A DNA stretch of 64,000 bases from Rebecca billardiae RCC1528 (taxonomy: Eukaryota; Protista; Haptophyta): NCBI GenBank assembly GCA_965240325.2, contig OZ251224.1, positions 3,968,001-4,032,000 on the forward strand, written 5' to 3'. The notes beneath the pieces were generated by a model. It was not told the DNA's origin and searched no databases. It saw only the letters and a list, made by a program, of their open reading frames with translations. How positions within the stretch are numbered: the first letter of the stretch is position 1; each line of letters begins with the position of its first letter. Of this stretch, positions 46,232-56,545 are shown piece after piece. The translations under genes and the position numbers were made by a program.

Positions 46232-47130
46232 ATGATGCCGATCACGTCAGCTGGCGACGCCGACGAGGACCGCGCTCGCCGCGTATTGAACGTGCTGCTC
46301 GAATCCGGGGCAGTGAAGAAGGTGGCTAAGAGCACGCTCCAGAGCATCGCTGCTGCCATCTCAGTCGTGAGGCACAAGCAGGACGTGCCCTCTGCGGCGG
46401 TGAAGTACAACGTGCCCAAATGGTCGATCTACAACTTCGTTCGCAAGGTCCGCACCGTGCTGGAGGACGAAGGCGCAATCGGCAGGGGGAGCGCGACGCG
46501 ACTGATCACCGACTTCACCACGCGCCCCGCAGGCCAGCTCCCTCCCTCCTCCTCACCCGGCCCAACAGCTGGCAGCCGCTTTGCGGCACTCGCCGCGCTC
46601 GACGGCCACGGGGAAATGCCCGCTGCAGAGAAAGCACAGCCGCAGCGGGGGCGCCCGGCCGGCTCGCTCAGCCTGCTGGGCACGCTCAACCTAGGCGTCA
46701 CGTGCTACCTCGGCTCGCTGCTGGCGGCGCTGCTCGCGTGCCCTTCCATCGTCTCGCTCGCCACATCTGCCGCGGCTGAGCAGTCCACCAACCCCATCGT
46801 GTCCCGAGCATGCGCTCGCTGGCGCTCGCGCATGTCAACTGCGAGTGGCCCAGCGACTCAGCGAGGTGGGGCCGACGCGTAGCTTGCTCGAGCCGCTCCA
46901 CGACGCGATCGCGGAGGTCTGTCGGTGGACAACGGCGTTTGGGCAGCAGCAGCAGGACGCGTGCGAGGTGCTGTACAAAATCATGGAGGCCCTGGCTGGC
47001 TGCGACGAGGCGTGCTCATACCTTGGCTTGCTCGAGTGCCTCGGTCAGCTGGCGAGCGAGCAGCCCTCGCAGCAGCAGCGCGTGCCGACGCCGACGATCT
47101 CGCAGCAGCAGCGCGTGCCGACGATCTCAG
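46232..47130 (+). pseudogene. Frameshifted, truncated HTH(psq-like) + USP/peptidase C19 N-terminal fragment
   Basis: AAAISVVRHKQDVPSAAVKYNVPKWSIYNFVRK (HTH), GTLNLGVTCYLGSLLAAL (Cys box) and, after a frameshift, FGQQQQDACEVLYKIMEAL (QQD box); no His box. Confidence 0.65.
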
Positions 47131-47647
47131 TCGGCCATGACTTCGACTGTACACAATCGGCGCCTCGCCGGCGGCTGCGATGGGCCCGCCCGGCCGCGCG
47201 GCGGGCGGCGGCGCGCCGCTGGAGTCTACTCGCTGCCGGCTGCCGGGCTCGCGGCCGGGCGGGCCCACTCTCGATCGCGACGGAGGGTGCGACGGAGGGT
47301 GCACCGCCACCGCGGGCCCCGAACTACGTTCGTTCTACGGAAAAGGACCGCGGAACGCGGTCATATATATATATATATATATATACTCAACGACATGAAT
47401 AACAGTCGTATGACAATATATATCGATCCTCTTCGACGCAGCGGACCGATGACTCGGATTATTGCCGCCGATCAGTGCTGCGTGTGGCAGAGTACGGTCG
47501 TCGTCGTGTCGTCACATCAGCAAATTAGTCGCGAGACGCGGACGCCGCGACTCGCCGACTGCGCCGATCCGGGTCAAAATATACGGCGCGCAGACTGATG
47601 ATGGGTAGACTAGTCACGGCTCTGATCGCGTCGTCTTAAAACGTGCA

Positions 47648-47650
<3 letters not shown>

Positions 47651-47728
<78 letters not shown>
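47651..47728. repeat. (TA)n microsatellite
   Basis: Directly visible. Confidence 0.95.
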
Positions 47729-47732
<4 letters not shown>

Positions 47733-47973
47733 TCGAACTCATCAGAGAACCAGCAAGCCTCACTCCGCCTCGTCGGACTTGCGCATGCGGATCGACTTGC
47801 GCATGCGGATCGATGAATGCGAACTCAGCGAAGAGCCGCTTGGTCAGTTGGTGATGACTCCGACCGACCGGCCAGACGCAGCTTGACGCACGCGCCAGCA
47901 CTGATGACGAGTGCCAAGCACTGGCAGCTGAAAACTCCCGGACTGATGGCGCAGGAGAATGCCCGTGCAAAAG

Positions 47974-49242
47974 TCACGGCAGCCGCCTCCGAGCGTTGGC
48001 AGCGCGTCGCCGGGGCCGCTGCATCGCGACGCGCTTCTGGTCGACGGTGACGGCGTTCACGTTGTCAGTGCCGCTGGCATCGACGCTTGGGGTGAAAGCC
48101 AGGCGGCCACTGGAGGCCGCTGCGACGGAGCTCTCGTCGCTGAGGGGCCCAGCTGGCTCGCTGGCGTGCGCCAGCGGTGCTGACACCCGTTGGGCGCTGC
48201 GAATGGCAGCCCCAGCCGCGGCCCCCGCCGGCGCGCTCGGGGAGCGCCGTCGCTTCGAGGCGCCCACCGCGCGCACCTGCTCCCCTCGCTGCCGCGTGCT
48301 GGTGCGCGGCGTGTTGTGCGCGAAGGGCGAGTTGGCGACGCGGCGCATTGAGCCGTCGAACCCGCGGTCCCAGCCAGTGTGTGGCGCATTGCGCTCGCAC
48401 TGCGCCGCGATCGGCGCGACGTCGTACTCGGCGAGGTCGACGGGTATCTCCGCCTCCACGCGCACGCCATCATCTAGGCACGGCGCGGCACGGATCGCCC
48501 TGAATTCGACTCCGCGCGCGCCCGCCTCGCGGCACGCGCGCGCAAACTCGGGGTCGTGGTGGTCCGAGGGTCGGACGCCGTGGCGCACGTCCGCTCGCTG
48601 TACGACGAAGAGCACCGTCGCGCGCTCGCCCTGGAGCGCGAGCTCGCCCAGCTCGCGCACGTGCCTCGCTGCGCGCTCGCTGACAGAATCCGGAAAGTAG
48701 CCCCAGCCGTCCTCGTACACCATGTGGCAGTTCTTGACCTCGACCCAGTGCCGCGCGGCGTGCGAGCTAGTGCCCGGCTCGATCAGGCAGAAATCACAGC
48801 GCCCGCCCTCCGGCAGGCTCATCTCAGCGTGCACCTCGGCATGTGCGCTCAAGCCCGGTAGTGCACGCGCCTCGAGCACCGCGGCCGCGATGGCGTTTGG
48901 GCGTTGCGTGTTCGTCCCGCAGAGCACAGCGGCACCGCTCTCCAGTGGGGTGTGCTCGAGGAGCTCCCACGTGTACCGGCACCTGCGCTTGGGGTTTGCG
49001 CTGGGCAGCAGGTAGCAGCGCGCGCCCGGCACCACAAATGCCTCCATGCGCCCTGGGTTGACGCAGTGCGCCTCTACCGCCTCGCCCGAGGACTCGAGCA
49101 CCATGTCGGCGAGGAAGCGGTCGCGCCGCGCGCAGAATGTTGCTGCCACCAGCGGGCAGGGCCACGGCACCGTGAGGGCGAGGCGCTCGAGCATCCTCGG
49201 CGGGCGGCCTGAGGCACGGGGCATTTCAGACTGGCAGATCAT
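47974..49242 (-). CDS. sfsA: SfsA-family DNA/RNA nuclease (OB fold + PD-(D/E)xK) with C-terminal extension
   Basis: RRDRFLAD, AHCVNPGRM, NPKRR..YTWEL, NTQRPN, RCDF, WVEVKN, FPDSVSERAARHVREL, LFVVQR, DPEFA motifs; start may be 49224 or 49194. Confidence 0.92.
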   Translation of the reverse strand: MICQSEMPRASGRPPRMLERLALTVPWPCPLVAATFCARRDRFLADMVLESSGEAVEAHCVNPGRMEAFVVPGARCYLLPSANPKRRCRYTWELLEHTPLESGAAVLCGTNTQRPNAIAAAVLEARALPGLSAHAEVHAEMSLPEGGRCDFCLIEPGTSSHAARHWVEVKNCHMVYEDGWGYFPDSVSERAARHVRELGELALQGERATVLFVVQRADVRHGVRPSDHHDPEFARACREAGARGVEFRAIRAAPCLDDGVRVEAEIPVDLAEYDVAPIAAQCERNAPHTGWDRGFDGSMRRVANSPFAHNTPRTSTRQRGEQVRAVGASKRRRSPSAPAGAAAGAAIRSAQRVSAPLAHASEPAGPLSDESSVAAASSGRLAFTPSVDASGTDNVNAVTVDQKRVAMQRPRRRAANARRRLP

Positions 49243-49287
49243 TTCATTTCAGACTGCCCAGTCTGCCCCGCGTTGTGGGCGGGCGGG

Positions 49288-50358
49288 ATGGCAGGCGGCT
49301 CGTACGTCCTCGAGACGGTGTTCCCGTCGATCGGCGTGGTCACATCGACGATGCTATACCTCGCGCCTTTGCCGGCCGTCGTGCGCGTTCGCGACCAGCG
49401 GCAACTCGGCGGGCTGAACACGCTGCCAATCGGCCTGATGCTGCTGGCGACCGTCTCGTGGGTGGCGTACGGCCTCGCGGTGCCCAACGGTTACATTGTG
49501 GCATCCAACGTGCCCGGCTTGGTGGCCTCGGTGTGGTACGTCACGACAGTGTTGCCCGCCATGACGCACGACCCCGCGCTCGCCTCGCTTCGCGCGCTCC
49601 TGGTCGGCGGCACTGCTGTGCTCACGTGCGTGCTCACGTGGGTGCGATTCGGCGTGCCTGACGAGCTCGAGCGCGCAGGCATCCTCGGCGGGTTCGCGAC
49701 GCTGGTATGCATCGTGCTCTTCGCGTCGCCGCTGTCGACGATCGCTGAGGTTGTGCGCGTGCGCAGCTCCGCGAGCGTCTACGGCCCACTCACTGCCGCG
49801 CAGGTCTTCAACTGCGGCCTGTGGCTGGGCTTTGGCAGCGCCATCGGCGACTTGTGGGTGTGGGGCCCCAACCTCGCCGGCTTTGTGCTCGGGCTGGCGC
49901 AGCTCGCGCTCAAGCTGCGCTACCCGTCTGCCGGCGTGCACGGCGGCAGGGCGCCACCGGTCGGCGTGGCGCGTGGCTCGCACAGCGAAGAGCAACTCGC
50001 CATCCTCGGGAACGTCGAATCCGAAGAGGTTGGTGGTCGCGCCCGCACCAAGGTTCGGCCGCGCGAGTCGGCCGCGCCGGCCGTCGCTCTGACAGACGTA
50101 CGCAGGGTGCCAAGGGGAGGCGCGCTGGATGCGGGATGGGGGCGCCGATGCCGGCGCGGGATGCCCATGCGCCCTGCGCCTTGCGTGTCCTGCCCTGACG
50201 CCCCGTCCCTCATCCCTGCCCTACGGCTGACTACGTGCGTGCATGTGCCCATGCCGACGCGACGCCTCATCGTCTGCGGCACCATGTCCATGACCGCGGG
50301 ACGCCGGACTGGTGTCACGCGCCATGATGCGCAACTTCTTGGCGCCCCCGAATCATGA
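49288..50358 (+). CDS. SWEET (MtN3/saliva) sugar transporter
   Basis: 7 TM with LAPLPAV..LGGLNTLP..WVAYG..SNVPG and FASPLSTIAEVVR.RSSAS..NCGLWLGFG..DLWVWGPN..G..LG..QL.L; the tail after ~50050 may be spliced. Confidence 0.9.
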   Translation: MAGGSYVLETVFPSIGVVTSTMLYLAPLPAVVRVRDQRQLGGLNTLPIGLMLLATVSWVAYGLAVPNGYIVASNVPGLVASVWYVTTVLPAMTHDPALASLRALLVGGTAVLTCVLTWVRFGVPDELERAGILGGFATLVCIVLFASPLSTIAEVVRVRSSASVYGPLTAAQVFNCGLWLGFGSAIGDLWVWGPNLAGFVLGLAQLALKLRYPSAGVHGGRAPPVGVARGSHSEEQLAILGNVESEEVGGRARTKVRPRESAAPAVALTDVRRVPRGGALDAGWGRRCRRGMPMRPAPCVSCPDAPSLIPALRLTTCVHVPMPTRRLIVCGTMSMTAGRRTGVTRHDAQLLGAPES

Positions 50359-50620
50359 TCGCCTGTCTTCGCCTGCGGCGTGTGATCCCTGACGATGCCA
50401 TGCGTCGTCGCCGACCGACCGTCACCACAGCTGCGCTCCACCCCGGAAGTTGACGAGTTGCCGATCTGACTGGCAGTGTGGGTCCGCGATGACTAGTATT
50501 CGGTTACGTGTAACGTACACGGTGGGAAGTATGATAACGGCGCATCCGGGCGCGAAACGACGGGCGTCAACCGACGCGACCTTCCCTGCTTGCAGTCCGA
50601 GGCGCGTGGACCAGTCACCT

Positions 50621-51457
50621 ATGCCAAGCCGTGGCGGTGGCGCCGCTGGGAGCGACGATGGCGTCGCCGCTCCCGGGGATGAGGAGGTTCAGGAGTTGCC
50701 CACGAGTGCACCTCTCTCGAAGCAGCGACCTCGGCGCTCACGCGCCAAGGTGAGCTACATCGAGAGTCCTGTCCACACCGACAGCGACGAGGACGAGGAG
50801 ATGCGCGAGCTGCGGGCGAAGCGCAAGCGTGCGGCTGAGAAGCCAGATGACAAGCCTGTGGTGAATGACCCGACACCTCTCTCCGAGTACGAGATCGCGC
50901 GCCTGGAGAACATTCGCAAGAATCAGGAGATGCTGCAGACCCTCGGGCTCGCAAAGCCAGGTGGCCTTCCCACGCCGCCCACGCACTCCCGCCCTCCGAT
51001 TGACCGGCCTCCAGTCGACCCGACTGGCGCATCATCGCGCGCTTGCGTCCTTCCTGCCAACGCACATGCGCCGTCCGCCGTGGCAACCAGGCGAGAGGCT
51101 CAGCCAGCGGCACGCCCGGACAGTGCGAAGCGTGCAAAGGCAGCGGCGCGCAAGCAGTCTGGCAGCATCGCAGTCCTATCGCAGGGCACGGCGGCGGCGC
51201 TTGCGGCGACACCGATCGCTGACGCGGCGCGATCCTTCTTCGATGCAATCGACACCGCAGGCACTGGGCTGATCACCGCCCCTATGCTCGAGAGGTTGTG
51301 TATCGACGTCCTCAACATGCCCGCGCTCGCCGTGCACGCACATGCGATGGTTGATGTCTTTGACCGTGGAGGTAAGGGCGGCGTCGATCTGGCAGACCTT
51401 TGCCGCCTGCTCGAGCTCCCTGAGCTGCGGCCGGTGCGCAATGGGCTCGCCATCTGA
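50621..51457 (+). CDS. Hypothetical nuclear protein with SEYE..RL.NI..N..ML..LG motif and C-terminal EF-hand pair
   Basis: LSEYEIARLENIRKNQEMLQTLGL; FFDAIDTAGTGLI and VFDRGGKGGVDLADL EF-hand loops; possible in-frame intron near 50961. Confidence 0.75.
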   Translation: MPSRGGGAAGSDDGVAAPGDEEVQELPTSAPLSKQRPRRSRAKVSYIESPVHTDSDEDEEMRELRAKRKRAAEKPDDKPVVNDPTPLSEYEIARLENIRKNQEMLQTLGLAKPGGLPTPPTHSRPPIDRPPVDPTGASSRACVLPANAHAPSAVATRREAQPAARPDSAKRAKAAARKQSGSIAVLSQGTAAALAATPIADAARSFFDAIDTAGTGLITAPMLERLCIDVLNMPALAVHAHAMVDVFDRGGKGGVDLADLCRLLELPELRPVRNGLAI

Positions 51458-54400
51458 TCACGGTGCCCGTGAAGCTGTGGCAATACGGCATGATGACTGA
51501 TTCCTTCAGCCTCACAAAAGTCCTGGAGTCATGCGGCAGGGCCCGCGCCCGTCGCACCGCTCCGTGCCCGCGCAGGCGCGCTGGCCCGATGAGCCAACGG
51601 TGCCAGCGGCCCACGGGCGGCCTAGCCGCCGGGCCCTGTGTCACCAATGCGCCGCCCCGCTGCCAATCAATGGCGCCCGGGGGCTGGCCCTTCAGTGCTG
51701 TCATGAATAAACCGTAGACTGACGATCTTTCAATACGACCGTATCATCAGTACTCCCCGAATCACTACCGTTGATGATTGAGTTTGACGATGAATATTAT
51801 ATATATATAATATATATCATTAATATTAATATAATATAATCGGCCTGAGTAACCGGTCAGTCACCGGACTGGCCGAGTCGACTCGGACGCTGGCGGTGGC
51901 TTGGCGGCGCCGTCTGACCGCCTGTCTCAAGGCCCTTATTCACTGAGTTATTGGCTCAGTCTGTCCGAGCTCGTGCCCTGCACTCTGCAGAGCCTCCGCT
52001 GTCTTTTTATTATAAGCTACTCTGCTTGTTATTAATATTATTGGGGCGGGCCAACTCGCGCCGCCCGCGCCGACGGCCGTACGCCCGTACATACGATGCT
52101 GCGGCCGCGCCGCCTAAGCTACCTAAAGTACGACCTGATCCGCTGAGTGCCGAGTGGGCAGCCGGTGAGGCGGATCAGGCTGATCCTGATGCCGGTAGTC
52201 CGGTGCGTTCGCGGCGGCGCGGCCAGGCCACGGCACAGTCAGCAGAATGCGGCCGGCGCCTGTCGGACCGAGTCCGAGTGGCGATTCGAAGATCGACTGA
52301 GTGTGATGACTCAGTCAGGCCGCCGGCGGGTTGGCCGCCGGCCGGCTCCGCTGCCCGCCCCGAACCGCCAAGTGGCCGCCGGGTGCGAACCTGGCAGCCC
52401 GCTACTCAGGCTGAGTGCCGTATCAGTGCTCATGAACCAGCGGCGCGCCATACACCACAGTGTATGTACAAAGCTGCTGCGCCAGCGCCAGTACGGAGGT
52501 GACCCGCGCGGAGTCCGCCAGTCCGACAACTGACACTAGCTACTCATGCACTCCGTCTGACATCAGCACTCAGTCACTACTCACTGACTGCTCGGTGGCG
52601 GCGGCGACCAGGCCTCACGGATCATCCTGAAACAGGCTCCTTAACAGCCCGGTGGCGGCCATGCTTCCCGACTCATCGCCCACATGGCGCGCGCTATATC
52701 GCTGCGGTGTAGATGAGTGACTGAGTGACTAAATGAGAGTCGCACGCTGCACCACTCGTCATGTCAGGCATGTGGAGGGCTGTGGGCTCACGTCACACGT
52801 GTGCACCTTAGGTGGTGAGCTGGCCGGTGTGGTCAGTTGGTGACGAGTCTAAGGCGTCACGGCGGAATGGTACGGTTTGAGGTGAGATACCTAAGGCTTG
52901 CAGTGTACACCGCGACCTGGTGAGCAGCTTGGCGCTGGCCACCCGCGCTCACTCCTTAGTCCTTGCTGGCAGCGTGCGCGGCACTTTGGGAGCAACCACG
53001 TCGTCCCCGATACGAGATCCCCGGGGCACCCGCGGCTTAGAATACTCGGCAGCCTGGCTGCATCAACCGGTGTACCTGCGATTCGGCACTTCGCCCGTGA
53101 GGTCATTCGTGCACAAGCGGGATGTACTGGCTCATGAACGCAGCGCTATCGTATGTGTCCAATGGTGGCAGCATTTTGGTGCATGCAGAGGCGAGATGAC
53201 GCGTACGCCAACCCAGCGCGCAATGGACTCGCGCATGGCCCTCCATCCCCGTTCATTCCTTTGGAGGGCGGAGGCCATGCCGGCACGACACTGCTCACCA
53301 CTCACCAATCCACTGATCAAAAGCCAGAGATCCGGACGAGCTCCGGAAGAGCGAGCGGCGTTGGAGCCGATGGAGTTCAGAGAGTCATGGAGAGTGTGCT
53401 CAGGCTGCGCAGTGCTTGCGCACCCGCTGCTCACGAGGTTTGATCCGGGTTGCCCTGCCCACATCGCGCCGCCGCGCGAGAACGCGACGTAGGCCGCGCT
53501 GACCAAAGCGCTGACGTCGCCGCGCGCGCGGCGCGTGGTGCGCCGAGCAAGTGCACGTGTACTGCCACACAGCGTCGACGTGACCCAGCTTGCACACAGT
53601 GGATGAGAAGCTGCGCCCTGAGGCCGAGCTGCGCTCTAGCCCCCGGCGCGGCCGGTTGGCCCCCGGCGCGGCCGGTTGGCAGCGTTTGCATGCGTGCTCT
53701 GAAACTTCCCCGCGCTCGGTGGTCTGTCTCGAGGCGTCTCTAGAGTGAGTAGTCGACTCTGCGACTGGCTGCGTTTTGCATTGCGCGCACGGTGTCGACT
53801 CACTCAGTAATGACCGTGTGTGGGCAGTGTACGTCCTCGGGTGGCGGGTGCACGCGCACGTCTCATCGGAGTATACATGCGCCTACCCGACGCCTACGAT
53901 TGTGGGTCCTGCACGGTCATCCGGTGGGCGCAGTGCACGTGCGTACGCAGTGCGAATTGCGGCATCCAAGCCGCGACGCCTTTGCGCGCACTGCTCGCAT
54001 TGGCGAAAGGAGGCAAGGAGCGACCGCCCACGCGTATCGGGGGACTCCTCATGACTCTGGGCGACTACCAGGCTCGTCGCGTTCGCGCACTCGTCGCACA
54101 TTCGTCTGAACTCGCGGCATTATTCTGTTGGCACTACTGTTCGCGGCAGGCGGGGTGTGTTGAGGTGGCTGGAGGAGTGGGGTTCAAGGCGCGGTGAGTA
54201 CCGGAATACCGCGACGCGTTTCTGCATGGAAATTTGGTGATATGGAACGAGTCCAAAGATTCCTTGATTGTTGATGAACCACCATCCACATATGATAGCT
54301 AGAGTCTCGCGTACTGTACCCAGCTTGGGTGATTGTGCGGGTTCGGTCTGGTACCCAGGATGATAGAACATTTGGCGGGTAAATATGTTTATGACGATCC

Positions 54401-54931
54401 GTTAAAATTACATCCCCTCGCTAATAGGTGTTCATACCCATTCATCACACCGGAATCGGGCTCTCACGTGTTCCGAAACGGTATGCTTGATTGAACGATG
54501 TAAAGCGGTAAAGCGGTGATTGATGAAGCCCGCATATGTGAGCATGTAGAATTGGAATGAGAAGCACGAGATGATATTGCAAGATCACTCCAATCCCGCG
54601 TGCAGATTGCGCGAAGTGGACCAAACGTCGTCTATCCGCGACCGACCAACCTTGGACAGAGACCACCCTTCACAGATTGCGCGCGCGAAAATCGAGGACC
54701 TTGATGTTGATCACACTGAGGCACTTGTGTTGATCAGTGTGAGTTGCTGCGCCAGACGACTACCGACAGAGTGAGTGAGTACCGTTCATCATCAGCAGCT
54801 TGTTTGAAGGCCGCGGTCTCAGAGCCTCAGCGCGCCGGCAGGAGGAATGTCGGCGAGGACGGCGGCTAAGAATCTGAACGTCACGCAGTGCTTCCGTGAC
54901 AGTTACAGCGTGAGTTCGGGGTCCGATCTGA

Positions 54932-56545
54932 TCACTGCGCTCGACACCGCTGCGCCGGCGGGGCCGATGCGGGCGCGGCGGCATCCGCACAGCGCGAGCG
55001 CTTGCGCGTCGTGCGCGGGGACGGGCTTCCATCGCGCGCCGCGCCCTCCGCCGCGTCGGTGTCGATGTACAGCCGCGCCGCGGATGCGCCGCGCAGCTTG
55101 CCCAGCAGCGCATTCGTGTCGCGCTGCCACGACTGCAGCAGCTCGTGCAGCGTGCTGCGGTACCCGCCGGGCGTGCCCGCCGGGTGCGCGAGACCGAGCG
55201 CGTTGTCGTCGGCCTCGAGCACCAGTCGCCACGCGGCCGAGAGCGAGCGCGAGAGCTGGCGCACCGCGCCCGGGCACGGTCCGAGCCCTGCGTCGCTCAG
55301 CCAGCCGCTGTCCGACAGCCCGAACATCAGCACGCCGAGCAAGTCGCCGAGGGCGTCGCGGACGCGCCCCGCGCGCGCCAACTCGAGAGCGCTCTCCGCA
55401 GCAGGCAGGAGGTGCCCGCCGAGCAGCTGCGCGCCGAGGCCGTCGCGGCCGAATTCGGCGGGCCAGCTGTGTACCAGCAGCGCCATCTGCCGGAACAGCT
55501 CGAGCGCGCGCTCGCCCACGTCCACGGGCACGATCAGGTGCTCGCGCGCGAGCACGGTCCCGCGGCAGATCGCCTCTGGCGGCTCCGTCGGGTCGTACGC
55601 CTGCTCGAGCATGAGGAGGTGCGCGCCTTCGCTCTCGAGCCCCTCCATGACCGCGTCGAGCGCGCGCTCGGACGTGTTCGGGCAGCCACCCGGCGCAGGC
55701 CCGCCCAGGAAGTCGCCGCCGACGCCGCGCGCTGTGCTCGCCGTCGCACAGAACGCCAGGTCGTCGTGCTCGTCGTCGTCGTCGTCGTCATCCTCGCCGT
55801 CTTTGTTGCCCGCGTCCGCGGCGCCGGCCGCGCCGTGCTCGAGCGCCGAGCGGACGAGTGCCGCGGCCACCGCGGCGTCCGCGGCGTGAGCCGGCGTCAA
55901 CGGCGCGGCCTCAGTCGGCTCGCCATCCGCGCCGTCCGCGCTGTCCCCTGTGCTGTCGTCGCACGCCAGATCCATTGCCGCCGCCGGCGCGGCCGCGTCT
56001 GGCTCCGTCGAGTGCAACGAGCGCGCGCGGCTCGACGCGGACTTGGCGTCGTCGTCGTCGTGTCCGCTCGCCTCGGCGGTGCAATCAGGCCGAGAGTGTG
56101 TGCCACATGGCTCGCCTGCGCCCGGTGGCGCGCTCGCGCCGCTCGTGAGCAGCGACTTGCAGACCGCATCGAGCAGCGTCGCAAACAGCGCGCGCCTCCG
56201 GCGTGGCGGATCGAGCGGGAGGAGGAAGCCCAGGGGCGACCCGCGCTTGAACGCGTGCGCGATCTCGGCGTCGAGTGACCCATCCGAGATGTGCGAGTAG
56301 TGCTCGAACATGCGCCTCTCCCAGCTGGCTGGTGAAGCGCACGCGACGAGCGGCCGGGCAGTCGCGAAGAAGTCGCAATCGTCCGAGAGGAGGTCGGACG
56401 CGGCGAGCAGCCGGCGAGCGACGGAGAAGTTGGTGAGGCCGACCAGGTAGCCCACGAGGGCGTGGTCGGGCACTCGGAGCGTGCCAGCGCGAGGGTCTCC
56501 GCCCCCTTTGGGCGGCGGACGCCCGTGAATGTGTTGGTGCATCAT
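54932..56545 (-). CDS. Hypothetical protein
   Basis: Long ORF with GC-rich third positions, two globular-looking blocks and an acidic linker; ATG at 56545 preferred because the upstream extension has non-coding composition. Confidence 0.7.
   Translation of the reverse strand: MMHQHIHGRPPPKGGGDPRAGTLRVPDHALVGYLVGLTNFSVARRLLAASDLLSDDCDFFATARPLVACASPASWERRMFEHYSHISDGSLDAEIAHAFKRGSPLGFLLPLDPPRRRRALFATLLDAVCKSLLTSGASAPPGAGEPCGTHSRPDCTAEASGHDDDDAKSASSRARSLHSTEPDAAAPAAAMDLACDDSTGDSADGADGEPTEAAPLTPAHAADAAVAAALVRSALEHGAAGAADAGNKDGEDDDDDDDEHDDLAFCATASTARGVGGDFLGGPAPGGCPNTSERALDAVMEGLESEGAHLLMLEQAYDPTEPPEAICRGTVLAREHLIVPVDVGERALELFRQMALLVHSWPAEFGRDGLGAQLLGGHLLPAAESALELARAGRVRDALGDLLGVLMFGLSDSGWLSDAGLGPCPGAVRQLSRSLSAAWRLVLEADDNALGLAHPAGTPGGYRSTLHELLQSWQRDTNALLGKLRGASAARLYIDTDAAEGAARDGSPSPRTTRKRSRCADAAAPASAPPAQRCRAQ

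Larger units (their letters stand above)
44439..47363 (+). mobile_element. Hairpin-ended, TA-flanked cargo-carrying element, copy Y (2925 bp including nested foldback)
   Basis: TA|ATGGCCCGCGGTGC...GACCGCGGAACGCGGTCA|TA; same ends as 31949-34194; right end abuts a (TA)n tract. Confidence 0.8.

Noticed and set aside
44899-46329. Mirror-image ORFs (44899-45537, 45676-46329; also 9579-10334/10526-11009 and 5086-6818) as duplicated genes
   Set aside because: They are chance ORFs in the inverted arms or repeats of transposons bounded by TSDs.
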